Below, in pieces: positions 1-15,390 of a stretch of 64,000 bases of DNA (the first letter of the stretch is position 1; each line of letters opens with the position of its first letter). The stretch lies in contig OX597823.1 of assembly GCA_951406725.2 (NCBI GenBank), positions 52,390,001 through 52,454,000 on the forward strand, read 5' to 3'. The notes beneath the pieces are model-generated. The model was not told where the DNA came from. It saw nothing but the letters and a program-made list of their open reading frames with translations, and searched no databases. This stretch comes from Octopus vulgaris (taxonomy: Eukaryota). The position numbers were made by a program, and so were the translations under genes.

Positions 1-162
1 GGCATATGAATGCCATGGTGGTGCTCAATATCTTAAAATAGAGATAATTAAAATATGTTTACAGAACATATTGTTTATGAGAGATGTAAGCAAATTATAG
101 AATTGCTCAAATAGACACTTACACACATCTGTGCATGTATCATACACACAGAGGCACACACA

Positions 163-207
<45 letters not shown>

Positions 208-2149
208 ATATGTGAACATAAAATGTTTAAAAAGCAAAGTTCACATTGGTGGGATTTGAACTCAGGAACATAAAGAATCATAAGAAATGCCACTAAGCAT
301 TTTGTCTGACATGCTAACGATTTCAGCAGCTTGCCAGCTTATGATGAAGTTAGGCTAGTGTTAAAATAGAAGCAGTACAAGAAATAGTATATGAGTGTCT
401 ACAAATAATCTATAAGTCTTGGAACCAAATACATTATATTCATAGGTAATTAAGGGTATATAAAATGTTACAGAAGTTATTTAACAGTGCTTTACAAAGG
501 TTACAGAATAATAACTTGATTCAATCTATAATTATGACATATTTCTATAACATAGTTTACAAATACAATTATGGTAATGAAACGTTTTAATTGTGTTTTA
601 AACATTGTTATTAAATACATAATTTGTTGGCAATAATTTGCGGGGAATGCTGCTAAAACTGCTTATTTACAATATCTTAAATTAGTTTATTTCCCTAGCA
701 CATTACCATATTTCCTCTTCCAACTGAATATTTGAGCCTGCATGAATATGTTTTAGGCATGTCTCCATGGATCTTAATACAGCTAGAATTACTGACCTGC
801 ATTGAAGAAATATTCAATATATTATATAATTTAGAGCCAAATTATCTCTGTGCAAACCACTAAATTATATTCATTTATTTATATGAGGTGAGTCTCCATA
901 AAGCATTAGAATGTAGCAGCAGCACTTGAAAATATTTAATTGCTATAGGAATTTTTGTTTATAACATGAAACTCTTCCTTGATTTTAGCATTTCACATAG
1001 CAAGTATGACAGCGTATTCTTAAATAACTTATGTCTATTTCTTGAGGGAATTCTAAGATACCATGTTTATCGAAGTTCGCTTTGTATGTCATCATTTCAT
1101 AAATATATATCATATCTCTTTCTTCCAACTGTGGAACATTAAATGCAAATGAAGCAAATATGTTAAGGACCAGATAAGGTATTTCTTTTAATGTTACAAT
1201 CAGTTTATTGGTCCTCATTTTTCCTTTTTGCTACAGCAATCTAATTTTTCCTGAAGTATGGCTCCACAATGATGTCTCTTGTACTTCAGGTGTAATCTCG
1301 CCATATTCTTACAGTGTGTTTAGAAGATATTTTTGATGACCATGGTAGAAGTTCATTTGTCTTATTGGAAATGTGATATGTGCGATTAAGGAATATTCTT
1401 AATAACATGAAATATCTGAGGCATCTATGAACAACAGAAAATTGTTAACTGAACAATATTTAGTTCTCTGTATTAAAAGCTGTGATCACTGCATGTGGAT
1501 GTGTGTGTGTGTGTGTGTGTGTGCATGTGTGTGTATGCTTTTGTGCATGTATGTTTATGCATGCATGGGTGTATATTTGTTTCTCTCTCTCTCTTTCTGT
1601 CTATCTATCTATACACACACACTCACATGCATATGAGACTATCTGTTTATCTATCTCTCTTTCTTTCTCCTTCTCCCTCCTTCTCTCGCTCTTCCCCCTC
1701 TCCCTCTCCCTCTCTACACACAAATACATATGTGTGTATAGACATACGTGTGTATGTTGATAAATAATTCACGATATTAATGAGATTACCAGATTATTCA
1801 TGATGTTTAACATCAAAGACAATGCAGAATGGTGTTTTATAGATATTTTATGTCATTTGAAATTTATTAAAACATGTGCAAGAGATAAAAGATGCCAGGT
1901 TATAGATAGATTTAGATGAAACAAATAACTACCCCAAAGGATACGAAAACAAGCATTCCAATTTTATGTTAATAACACAGTAGAATATTTGTTGAAATGA
2001 GAATTCCTTGACATTGTTAACATGTCAAAAATAATAAGTTATTCCTTAATCACAAAACTGTTTCGCTTTTATCAGGGAAAGGCATATATAATTAATTGTA
2101 TCTGTCCCAATAAATTACTGGTATTTATTATTGCCATAAGCATAGCTGT

Positions 2150-2475
2150 CAAGGCACATGGCTTAGTGCCTAGGGCATTCAGCTCGCGATTGGAATGTCA
2201 TTAGTTCAATTCACAGTTGCATTTTGTGTTCTTGAGCAAGACACTTTATTTCTCGTTGCTCCAGTTCACTCAACTGGCAAAAAGGAGTTGTACCTGTAAC
2301 CCAAAGGGCCAGCCTTGTCATGTTCAGTGTGTTGGGCTGAATCTACCTGAGAACTATGTTAAGGATACAGGTGGCTGCAGAGTGCTTAGCCATTTTCATG
2401 CTTATTTCATGAGCAGACTGTTGTTCTGTTGGTAAAATCAACTAGAGCACTTGTCATAACCAATGGGGAGCCAGA
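2150..2475 (+). mobile_element. SINE (family C-like head); related minus-strand copy at ~24785-25165
   Basis: GGCACATGGCTTAGTG..TTGTGTTCTTGAGCAAGACACTTTATTTC. Confidence 0.7.
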
Positions 2476-2511
2476 CCAAGTATAGTTGTGTGGTAAGAAA
2501 CCAGATGGTTT

Positions 2512-2743
2512 GGGGTGAGCTGGCAGAAATGTTAGCACGCCGGATGAAATGCTTAGCGGTATTTCATCTACTGTTACATTCTGAGTTCAAATTCCGCTGA
2601 GGTCAACTTTGCCTTTCATCCCTTCGGAGTCGATAAATTAAGTACCAGTTATGCACTGGGGTCAATGTAATCGACTTAATCCCTTTGTCTGTCCTTGTTT
2701 GTCCCCTCTATGTGTAGCCCCTTGTGGGCAATAAAGAAATAAC
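2512..2743 (+). mobile_element. tRNA-derived SINE family B inserted into a family A head
   Basis: TGAGCTGGCAGAAATGTTAGCAC..GAGTTCAAATTCC..GCCTTTCATCC. TSD AAACCAGATGGTTT at 2498 and 2744. Confidence 0.88.
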
Positions 2744-3130
2744 AAACCAGATGGTTTGGGGTTCTGTCCCACTGCATGGCACCTTGGGCAAGAGTCTTCT
2801 AACAAAACTCTAGACTGACCAAAGTTTTGTGAGTGGATTTGGTAGATACATCATGTATGCATGTATATGTTCATGTGTGTGTGCGTGTGTGTGTGTATGT
2901 GTGTATGTGTGCATGTATGTGTGTGTAAGTGCATGTGCGTGTATGTGTGTTTCTGTCTCCTTGCATTGATATCACATGATAGTTGTAAGCAAGCATCACT
3001 GTGGTGCTCTTTATTTTAAATCTTCTGAGACATGGTCACAAAATTCAGTCCAACATTCTTTTCATCTGCATCACAATTAACACATAATTTACATTGAAGC
3101 ATAGCTGCCTCATTAGTAATAATCGTTTCA

Positions 3131-3620
3131 GTGGAGGTGCATGGCTTACTGGTTAGGGTGTCAGACTCATGATCATAAGATTGTGGTTTCGATTTCTGGA
3201 CCAGGTGATGCATTATCATCATCATCATCATTGTTCGACCGTGGTCGAGACAATGGAATTAACCATGCTACGCCAGACTTCATGGTCCATCATGGCATTA
3301 CGGAGGTCCTGTTGCTGGATGCCTGTATCCCTGGAGATTACATCAGGGTAAGAGAGTGTGCACCCTCTGGTATTGCGAGTAGATGGCTTCCAGAGGAGAA
3401 GAGTAGAAATTACTTCTTTTTCAGCTCTACAACAATGTCCAGCAAACTGGACTCTCCTACCTTTCACGATGCATTATATTCTTGACCAAAACACTTAATT
3501 CCATATTGCTTCACTCCACTCAGCAGGCAAAAATGAAAACCCTGCATTGAGCCAGCATCCCATCCAGGTGGGAAATATAAACACCGTCGAAACCAGGGAA
3601 ACTGGCTCTATGGGTCTTTC
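3131..3620 (+). mobile_element. tRNA-derived SINE family C, split by an RTE fragment
   Basis: GTGGAGGTGCATGGCTTACTGGTTAGGG..GGTTTCGATTTC. Homologous to 54234-54488. Confidence 0.8.
3217..3467 (-). mobile_element. 5'-truncated RTE/RTE-X LINE 3' end with (TGA)n tail, inserted into a SINE
   Basis: ORF RRVQFAGHCCRAEKEVISTLLLWKP..YPDVISRDTG..AMMDHEVWR. 10-bp TSD GATGCATTAT at 3207-3216 and 3468-3477. Confidence 0.85.
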
Positions 3621-4611
3621 ACATTTCTATATTTATATTCTTTATGAATCCACCCAATACATATTGTTCATAGCCATTTCTCTGTTCCTCTCACTTTGCC
3701 ATATGCTTTACCAGTATCCATAACCTTCAGAATTATTACCTTCATTCATTCCTTTCTTTTATTCCTTTTCTCTGATTTTTCTCCTCCTTTCTTTTTTTTC
3801 TCCCTTCAAGACAGTTCCTCTATCATATCCACAAACAACAGTAGGCCTAATATCACCCCCACTAACCTTTACCTATATTTCAATATTGTTCCTGTCCTTC
3901 AGCCTTATTACCTTGCACCTTTCTCATACAACAACATAACTACTCTTAGTAGTTCTAATCTTCTAATCTTAATTCAATTAATGCTTATGTTGCAACTTCA
4001 CATGGAACCATAATTAACAAACCCAAGAGAGAGCACTTTCTCTTGTTTTTTATGTTTTTTTTTTTAGTAACTATCTCTTGGCATCAAAAAGAGCATCTAG
4101 CCACGAAACTATAACTCCAAACTTACAGGGAAAAATTCAATTTAGTATTAAATCAAATTTCACAATATAAATATATAATATTTATAAATCAGAGAAAAAA
4201 CACTATTATGTAATTCAAACATAAACATAAAACATATCATATAGAAAAAATAAAATATATTTTTATAAAACATTTATCTAGATCACAAAAAGTACATAAT
4301 AACAAATAAAACACTATAATAAGTAAAACACTATAATAAGTAAAGTCCACTGGTATAGTCTATTATTATTTGTACATTCCTGTCTGAGCTATGAAAGGTC
4401 TTTGTATATTTTTGTTGGATGTAATTATTCATACCAAAGAATCTAATTTTTATTTCAAAAAGTGTTTCTCGTTTTTGTCTTTGGAATTAATCAGACTCTG
4501 AAACAATTTGTAGAATGTATATTGGTTCTGTACGAACCTGGATTGTGAATTAAAGATCATCTACACCTACAATTTTTCCTTTCCTTATACTTCATTTCCC
4601 TATATATATAT

Positions 4612-4907
4612 ATCTTTTATCTTTTGCTTGCTTCAGCAGGCATGCTGGGACACTACCTTGAAGAATTTTTCGTCAAATGAATCTCCCCCAGTACTTATTC
4701 CATCAGTCCCTTTTGCCAAATCACTAAGATATGTGGACATAAACAAATCAGCACCATCTGTCAAGTGGTGGTAGGGGATAAACACAAACAAACAAAAAAA
4801 CACACATACAAAGACAGACAGACAGACAGACAAGCAGGCAGATAGCTAGATAGAGGGATAGATAGATAGATAGACAGATAGACAGACAGACAAACAGACT
4901 CACAGAC

Positions 4908-4962
<55 letters not shown>

Positions 4963-5125
4963 CAAATGATGAACTTCTTTCAGTTTCTGTCTACTAAATC
5001 CACTTACAAGGCTTTAGTAGGCCTGAGTCTATAGTAGAAAACACTCGCCCAAGATGGCATGCAGTGTGACTGTGAACCTGCAACCATTTGGTTGGGATGT
5101 AGATTTCTTATCACACAGCCATAAC
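4612..5125 (-). mobile_element. SINE family A (older, internal GATA expansion)
   Basis: Reverse-complement match. Confidence 0.78.
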
Positions 5126-5498
5126 TGTACATTGGAAGGTGTGGCATCTAAAGACATAGTCACGCTAAAATAGTAGATCATTTCCACATTCCATTCTTGT
5201 CTACATTGCAGTTTCACAATTTTCATAATACTAAATAGGCTAGATAGACTTGTATGTCAAGTCCAAATGTAATCTGTATTTACGCTTTATATAAAGTATA
5301 CACCTTTCAAATGACCAGCAAAATGTCAATTACCTGAGGTTGTATTTTCCTCAATCATGTCAATAAAGAAAGCTGCTTGCATTTGTCACATTATTGGGTG
5401 TTTCACTTCACAGCATTGATCTTTGTTGATTTCCTGATACATGTATACATTGTATAAACCATAAATACTGATAACATTTTTCTGTGTTCCTGTTATAC

Positions 5499-5529
<31 letters not shown>

Positions 5530-8099
5530 TGTATGTATGTATGTATGTATGTATGTATGTATGTATGCATGCATGTTTGTATGTATGTATGTAGATAGGT
5601 AGGTAGGTATGTATGTATGTACGTATGTATGTATGCATGCATGCATGTATCTATCTATCTATCTATCTAGGTAGGTATGTATTTATGTATTTATGTATGC
5701 ATGCATGTATGTATTTACATATGTATGTACATATATGTACATACATATATGTGTATATATGTATACATACATATATATATATGTATGTACATATATTTAT
5801 AAGTGTGCATGTGTGTGTGTGTATGTGTGCAAGCATCTGTTTGCATGTAGGTGTGTGTGAGTGTGTGCGCATGTGCATGTGTGTGTGTGTGTTTGTATTA
5901 GGTGCACACATCATCAAGAAATTAGTACTTTTCAAATGAAGTTCTTCGATGAAGCCCTTCACACCAAGTTTCAAATGTTTCCTTCTCACTTTCACCATCA
6001 GAAATTCAGAGAACAAGTAATTGATCCAACCTGTCTCCAAGAACATTCTTCTTCACCAGCAGTGATATAAAATAAACAAATAAACTCTAAGGATAATTAA
6101 TTTAAATAATGTAATTAAAATAGCTGTCATTTTTGACAGAAGTACACTAGTTATCATATAAATAATAAATAGATCTTGGAAGAAATAATGTTACCAGTGA
6201 GATATGATCTTCAGGTTTGCAGAAAATAATGAAAATACGCAGAATCAGATTTTTTAATTAATTCATGACAAACTCAGAATATTCATATGTTTTGGTAAGT
6301 GTTGTCATTTGTTTTCATATTAGCATTGCATTCTTTACAAGCCATTTCCCCCAAGAGCTATTCTATAAGAAAGCAAAGATATCAATTGAAAAACTGCATG
6401 AAGAACTCTTCTGCATGATAAATGACTGTGATGCCAAGCATGGATATACATGTGTTGATGTAAATATAACTGGCTAAATATTTACATAGAGAAACAGAAC
6501 TAGCAGTTATTCCTTATTAATGCTGCTAATAAATGGCCTGAGGCCACATTGTGACTGATGCTAAAGAGTGTTTCAGTATCATCTGTTATGAGTTGAAGTC
6601 TTTCCGAAAACTGTTTAGCTTTCAAGATGTATTGAAATAAATGAATAATTACAGGGAATATTGCTATAGAGTAGAGAGAAAAATGAGTTTGCAAACTGCA
6701 TTTGATTCCCTGTTGAATCCACTTCTTTTCATTTATATCTCTAACGTTCCTGTGAAAACATGAACATAATGACTTTGCCATTTATGTTCTCTAAAAACTT
6801 CAGGCCTCTTTCCTATAAAATAAACAATTACTGCAGATGCACAAAGTTCCCCATAATCAAGGCAGTCACTTCATTCCATCCTACTATACAATGATTCTTG
6901 CACACAGGGCCTTAGTTACATCAGATCAACTAACAAATTTCAACCCCTCCAGTCCTATAAAACCTACCCTTAGCAACAATGTGTTTTTATCTCTGCATCT
7001 TGTTAAACAGACAAATATGTGACTGGAACAATTTTTCCAGTTATGTCTTTACACAACCAAAACTCTCCAATTACAGCTCTGCTGCAAGTTCACAGACAAA
7101 GAACACAATCTTACAACACTTAAAGAAAATTCTACTGGCTGAAAACAACTTATTCCTTCCCCTAACATAATGCCTACAAGATGATCTCATGAAAGCAATC
7201 AATGAATGCTTTTGTGTATCATATGCTCAGCAAACTCTCTCACATCCTAAACTGATGCTCCACCCCACCCCACCTACAAATTACTTTGCAGAACTTTCCC
7301 AATCATCAGTTCTTAACATGACTGTAAATGAACACCTCAACAGATAAATCAATCCCTTTGATGTCCATTTTACTTTTCACATTGACCATCATCATCATCA
7401 TTATCATTTAGCATCAGTTTTCCATAATTGCATGTGTTAAGTTTGACAGAAGCTGCCAAGACCAGGACCTGCACCAGGTTCCATAGTCTGTTTTCTTTTG
7501 ACATGGTTTCTACAGATGGATGCCCTTCCTAATCCCAACCACTTTACAGAGTGTACTAGGTGCTTTTTATATAGCACTAACACCAGTGCTTTTTACATGA
7601 CATCAGCATCAGTGCTTTTTATGTGCACCATTACTGGAGCACTAGTTATTTTTATGTGGCACCAGCACTAGTACTTTTTTTATGTGGCACCAGCACTGAC
7701 AGGGTTACCAAGTACCTTGCAAGGCAACCCCCCCCCCTCAACTGGGAGGGGTTGTAGTACTGAGTGGGTATGCTTCTGGACCATTTGAGAGATTTAAGGT
7801 ATGGAAGAGACAGATTCACCACACTTGATAAGGCTGTATTACTCTGGGTTTCTCTTCTTTTTGAGTGACAACTTCCTATGTTTTCTAATCAGATCAGTTT
7901 CACCAAATAAAATACAAAAATTCGTATTTCACCAAATTTTGGGGGAAAGCAATAATATGGATGTCTAATTGGGCTACAAAGTCTATTTGCAAACAAGACC
8001 TTCAATCATTTCTCATTTCTTCACTTACAAAGCTTCTGGTCAGATTACTTTATTGCAATGCATGGCAATGACTTTCTCTCTCTTTCTCATCCCCTCACC

Positions 8100-8131
<32 letters not shown>

Positions 8132-8132
8132 G

Positions 8133-8189
<57 letters not shown>

Positions 8190-8759
8190 CTCAGCTACAT
8201 CTGGTCTAGTATACAAGAGAGTTCAGTTATCTTTACATTTTTCAATTTGTGCATTAATAACCTGCTGTTTCTGCAAACTATGCACACTTCTGCACAGATG
8301 ATACAAACCATCACTCTTCCTTAATTCTTTCCATACAGTCATTATATACACATATTAGGTATTATACAGCATATTGCAAAATTTTTATCATTAGAAATTT
8401 TGTAAGCATTTGCCAAAGGAACATGACTAACTAACCTAATAAACATAAAAATAGATATCCTCACTACCTATTATATATACAGTGATTGCTTTCTCCTCAC
8501 TCCTAAAGAAAACAATAGACCTCCCCACTATTAAATGTAAATATAATGATCCTATAGTGACTGATTTCTCATATAGTAACCCAGTGTAGATCCAATAGTA
8601 ATCACTGTTAAATAGGGTAATAGTTCACCTTCATCATATAAAGTACACCTAAATGTACTTGGAATACCTTTTTCAAGACTCCAAATAACCATAATGATAA
8701 AGTACACATAGGAACTATAATATAAACTAGCAATTATCCTTATTTTGCCACTGTGTTTG

Positions 8760-8805
<46 letters not shown>

Positions 8806-9039
8806 AAGTATTATACAGCACATTGCAAAATTTAGATGCAATTGACCTGCATCAAAAAGTTGTGTTTCATTAGTTTATACAAAACACTACCTTCATAGTC
8901 ATTTAGAGATAACAATTATTGAAGCAGGCAAAAAACACAGAGCTTAGTTGTTTGTTTTTGAAGTACTAATGGATCTTGATATTGAACAGGGAACTAAAAC
9001 CAGGGTGTGAACTCATATTGCTCTCTACTGTCTAGAAAT

Positions 9040-9770
9040 TCTATTTCTATTGAATGGGAACCAGTGCTATTTTAATAGAGTTGTGTACATGTAGGAGATT
9101 TGATGCTATCATTAATAGCAAGGAGATCTATCACTAGTTTTAGTTCAGGGCATCAGAGCTCTATTGTTACATTTCCTAGTGAGAAGATCTATCACAGAAT
9201 TAAATAGAGGAGAGATCTATCACTTAATTAATAGGGGAAAATCTGTTACTATATTTAATGGAGATTTATTAACATATTCAACAGGGAAGAAATCTATTAC
9301 TGCATTTAATAAGGCAAACTCTATAGCTACATATAATAGGGGTAGATCTGTTAATATTTCTAATAGAGTAGAGGCCTATTACTATATTCAGTGAGTGAGT
9401 TCTATTACTATAATTGGTAGTGAAAATCTATTACTATATTTAATAGCAGCAAGAACAGTAGAAGAGAGGATTGAATTATATATTTGATGAGGGTGAACTA
9501 TTTCCCTATTTAACAGTGGATCTACTATTGGATCTACACTGGGTTACTATATGAGAAATCGGTCACTATAGGATCATTATATTTATATTTAATAGTGGGG
9601 AGGTCTATTGTTTTCTTTAGGAGTGAGGAGAAAGCAATCACTGTATATATAATAGGTAGTGAGGATATCTATTTTTATGTTTATTAGGAATGAAATCTAT
9701 CAATTAATTTAGTAATGGTCAGATCAACTAATATCTTTGAAGGTGCTGAGATCTATCACTCATCTATATT
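9040..9770 (+). repeat. Degenerate ~30-bp minisatellite (GAGATCTATYACTATATTTAATAGGG-like)
   Basis: Recurring ATCTATTACT / TTAATAG motifs at ~30-bp spacing. Confidence 0.7.
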
Positions 9771-9892
9771 TTTTTATTTATTTTATATAGTGTAACTTAT
9801 GAACAATAAGCAATGATTGTTATAGATATCCAACAAGCCAGTCATTCATTCACTGCATTTCTGATTGAGAGAATTTCAAGTGTAAAATATAC

Positions 9893-10292
9893 CTATGGCT
9901 GTGTGGTAAAGAGTTTGCTTCCTAATCACTTGCTTCTGGGTTCAGTCCCACTGTGTGGCATCTCAGGCAAGGATCTTCTGCTATAGATCCAGGCTGACCA
10001 AAGCCCTGTGAGTGGACTTGGGTGATGGAAACTGAAAGAGGCTCATACTATACATGTGTGTGTATGTGTGTGTCTGTGTTTTTGTTTTATCTCCCACTGC
10101 TGTTTGACAACCAGTATTGGCTTGTTTATATTCCTGTGACTTAGCAGTTCAGCAAAAATAGACTGATAGAATAAATACTAGATTTAGGGAAAAAATTTAA
10201 GTACTGGTGTTGATCTGTTCCTCCAAAATCATTCAAGACACTGCCCCAGCATGGCACAGTCTAATGACTGCAACATGTAAAAGATAAAAGAT
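9893..10292 (+). mobile_element. SINE family A (older)
   Basis: Diverged full-length match. Confidence 0.8.
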
Positions 10293-10647
10293 ATATGTTT
10301 TGCGGGAATATCCATCTCATTCAATTTATGTCTGTTTTTCCATGCTAGCATGGGTTAGATGAAGACATTGTTGTGACAGTGTTTTGAAGGCTTGATGCCA
10401 TTTCTGGATCTGACACATAACAGTTTTGCAAGTAAGGGAATTTTCATTCCTTTTATTTTTGAGAGATGATTTGTTCAAAAGGAAATGTTTAACAACTTCG
10501 ATGTCTGTAGCTCAGTGCATTTTTTTACAGGGAAGCACAGAAGGCAAACATTCACACACACACACACACACACACATACAAGCACACACATAAACACGCA
10601 TACACACATGCATATATATATATACATACATGCACACATGCATATAT

Positions 10648-10830
10648 GGTTGTAATTTACAAAAAAACAAAAGACGAAGACAGGTGTATAAACATCATAC
10701 AGGTGTATTTGTTTAATGCTCAGGAAGTTGAGAAAGTCTTTTATGTTTCAAGCCTATGCTCTTCAACAGAAAGGAACACAAGAATATAAACAGGGAGAAA
10801 ATAAAAAAAGAAAACTTTAGTAGCTAGCAG
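10648..10830 (-). mobile_element. PLE-type terminus remnant (same family as 29396-29595)
   Basis: Shares AAAACAAAAGA.GAA.A.AGGTG..TA.AAAC and GCTCAGGAA..GAAA..CTTTTA.GTTTC.AGCCTA.GCTCTTC.ACAGAAAGG.ACACA. Confidence 0.5.
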
Positions 10831-10850
10831 TACACACACACACACACACA

Positions 10851-10888
<38 letters not shown>

Positions 10889-11050
10889 GTGGCAAAATAA
10901 AGATAATTGCAATTTCACGTTATAGTTCCTATGTGCACTTTATCATTATGGTTATTTGGAGTCTTGAAAAAGGTTTTCCAAATACATTTAGAAGCTTAAC
11001 TACAGCAGATCCTCAGGGAACATGTCATTGCCTTAAATTACAGATAACTA

Positions 11051-11088
<38 letters not shown>

Positions 11089-11101
11089 TATATATATGTA
11101 C

Positions 11102-11133
<32 letters not shown>

Positions 11134-11221
11134 ATGTGTGCGTGTATATATATATCTAATGTATGCGTATTATATATGTATATATACATATATATATGTA
11201 TATAAGTACATACATATATGT

Positions 11222-11265
<44 letters not shown>

Positions 11266-11760
11266 GCATAATTTCAGTGTATTTACAACTGATCAACATA
11301 TAATGATTGAATTTCCTGCAAGCTTGCATTTAGAATGTAAATATATTTTAACTAGGTTGCATGCTATTTCTGGCTTCTACAACTATTTTTATGATTGTAC
11401 AAAGACTAAATTTCTAAAGGCATGATTTAAAAATGTCTATTCATGATGTCACTGTATATAATGAACATAACTCCCTGTAAAATATATCTAATTTTATAGA
11501 TTGGACTTAATTACATACTTATTTTAACTTTATGTGTTTACATATATATATATGTGTGTGTGTGTTAAAATATTATTGACAGTCATTTCAAAATTTTGCC
11601 CAGTCTCATGATGGCATAACTGACCAAAACTTCAAAGTCACTGTCAATATTCTTGATTAAAAATGATAAATTTGTTCTCTACAAAAGTATAGAGTCACCC
11701 CTCAGATTTATGGAAAATTGTTTTTATTATAACTGAACACGAAAACAAACATCAATTAAA

Positions 11761-11874
<114 letters not shown>

Positions 11875-12243
11875 GGATGGATGGATGGATGGATGCATGC
11901 ATGCATGCATGCATACATATCACTGTTTTGTTACGTATTCAGGAGTGGTTGTAATTTACTTATTGAATTTATTTACTGATATGGATGCCATTGGGGTAAA
12001 TGAATTTGAGAGTTGGGGTTTCTTTTGTTTCTTCCCAAACAACACTTATTTTAGTGATGTTGACACCACCGGATTGAATGGTACTGCCCAGGTGTTGAAA
12101 CCATAATGATATCCGTGGGGCAGCTGATGATGGAGGTATGTTGGATTGTTGGTATGGCTGTGGAATAGTATTATAACATATCCTTTTGATATATATGCAT
12201 ATATGTGTGTGTGTATAGAAACCAGAGTGTGTGTGTATATATA

Positions 12244-12308
<65 letters not shown>

Positions 12309-12678
12309 AAAAGTAACAAGTTAAAAATAATGCTACTTTAACATTAATTTTCTTAGGTCATTCAATTGAGGAAACATATCAGTAATGTACCTATAATGAC
12401 TCTGGAAACAGCTGTAAGCCAAATTTGCTCCAGTAAAGGAAAAATATGTAATGACAATAATTTTTAATTTGTTTCTTATATATCACTCAGTGTAAAAGTC
12501 AATTTGTTTGGAGCCCATCCATGGATTTACAATATAGAAATGTGATGAACCATAACCTTGGACCCTACCACAAGAATACTTGGAGTTCTTCACTAATCTT
12601 AACAATATTCTTAGCCTGGTGTGCCAACAGAGAGTTTATGAAGTATTTTGCCTGGTTTGATAATTCCTCACTATCTGT

Positions 12679-12718
<40 letters not shown>

Positions 12719-13479
12719 AAATGTAGATATATACTTATATGAATGTATATATATATATGAGATGTGTGTACATATGCAGGTATGTGTGTGCATGCATATG
12801 TATTTCAGAGCAGTAATTGTCGAGGAGAATGTACTGACTGGCAATATTATTTTATTCAATAAAATTTTAAAACATGTTTTTTTTTTTGTTCAGAATTATA
12901 AAAAATACTCACCTCCCCAAAAATAAAAAATGAAAATGGTAACGGGCAGTTTCATATTGTACAATTTCACCAATATGTATTGTTTGCAGTATAAATAATT
13001 TATACGAAATACATCATCGTTATTATCATCATCATCATATGTGCACTTTCTATGCAGGCAAGAGCTGTAGGTTTAACAGGATCCAATAAGTTCATGGACT
13101 GCACTGTGCCCCAGTAGCTGCTTTGACACGATTTCTATGACTGGATGACCTTTCTAACACCAACTACTATACAGCATGTACTGCATGCTTTTTTCATGCC
13201 ACCTGCACTACTGAGGTTACCATGCATCTCACAGGACAACAAACCATGGGAGACAAATGGAGTAAACTATGAGAAGCAGGGTTCAGAGCAGGTTCTTTTA
13301 GTAGATCTGGATGCCTACTCTCATTTCATAGAGGAAGGGAAGAGAGATATAAACAAAATTATCGAAAGGAACTGTAATAGATAGATAGTGGCAATGTTGA
13401 ATATAGATGCAGGCATTGCTTAATGATGAAGAACATCACTTTATTGACAATTGGCTTCAGCTTCATTACACTCAATATT

Positions 13480-13950
13480 CATCATCATAGTCATCATCAT
13501 CATCATTTAACGTCCGCTTTCCATGCTATTGGACGATTTGACTGAGGTCTGGCGAACCAGACTCCAATCTGATCTGGCACAGTTTCTACAGCTGGATGCC
13601 CTTCCTAACGCCAACCACTCCGAGAGTGTAGTGGGTGCTTTTACACACCACCAGTATGTGGGCCAGTTTGGTGGTACTGGCAATGGCCACGCTCAAATGG
13701 TGCTTTTTATGTGCCACTTGCACAGGAGCCAGTCCAGTGGCACTGGCAACGACCTCACTCGAATCTTTGTTTTCACGTGCCACCCGCACATGTGCTAGTA
13801 AGGTGATGCTGGTAACAATCATGCTCGAATGGTGTTTTTAACATGCCATCGGCACGTATGCAAGCTTGTTGCTCTGGCAACGATCTCACTTGTATGGTAC
13901 TCTTAGCGCTCCACTTGCAATGGATGCCAGTCACCGAGTTTGATTTCAAA
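13480..13950 (-). mobile_element. RTE-tail-type retroposon 3' end with (TGA)n tail; related copies at 7388-7720, 13015-13230, 54570-54750
   Basis: (CAT)n-TTTAACGTCCGCTTTCCATGC..GGATGCCCTTCCTAACGCCAACCAC shared among copies. Confidence 0.65.
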
Positions 13951-14889
13951 TATTTAGTTAACATATTATGCTAGTAGTTTTAGAAAATAATTTATTTCCA
14001 ATACGTATTTCATTCCCAAGCTCACTTGAAAGGTAAAATATTTGCTTTGTGAAAGTATTTACCTGGTTTCCAGGTCTAAAACTAGAAGTGTTTTGTATAT
14101 AATAATAGATTGTATAATGAGGACAAGATATTATAGAGTATCCCAAATAATTTAATTACATTGCCAATAAATGTGAACAAAGCATGGCTATTAACCACTC
14201 AGGTGTATTGAATGTTAATTAGAAGAGAGTTAAAATGATTAACTGCAAATATATGAGAAACAATTACTTTTCTACAAAATTATGACTTTCTTCATTGCAT
14301 TTGACTTTGTCCTAGATGTAATGAAGATATAAAACTCAATGGTGGCCCACACCATGCAGATGGTTAACTATGCAGTGAAATTGCAAATATGCTTTTCTAA
14401 GGAAAACTATGTTATGTAAAATAGGATGTTCTTGTATTAGTGGATGCATAAGACAGCATCCCTAAGCATTTTTATTTTCCCTCTTCAAAAATACTTGGCC
14501 TTTCTTTCTTCCATTTTTTTTTATAAAGGTAAAACACTTCACTTTTTTAACCTGGGAAAGATAAATACTTTCTCTTTCATGGGGTTCTGGGAATGAAGAA
14601 ATGTCAGCATTTCCTGCAACAATATTTCATATTGAAAATGAGTGAAGCACAATTACTTGTTCAAATTCTTGGGAGGTAGGGAGAAGAAAAAAATCAAAGA
14701 ATGTATCTATATTTACTTTGTGTGTGTGTGTGTGAATTTAAGCCACAATATATGGATTCAAGTAATCCGGTAGTACTCATAAAAGAAGCTCCTTAATATA
14801 TAGTATAATACAACAGAAAACAATAAAGAGTGTATAAAGTCATAAATGACAGTGAAATAGCTTGATGAAATTTTATTTAACAATTTATA

Positions 14890-15390
<501 letters not shown>

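Noticed and set aside
6500-6781. 93-aa minus-strand ORF (also 985-1218 and 5861-6070) as host CDS
   Set aside because: No recognisable domain and no consistent exon phase chain.
11969-12190. Possible GIY-YIG C-terminal relic ([10 protein letters not shown])
   Set aside because: Resemblance is limited to a few residues and cannot be supported.
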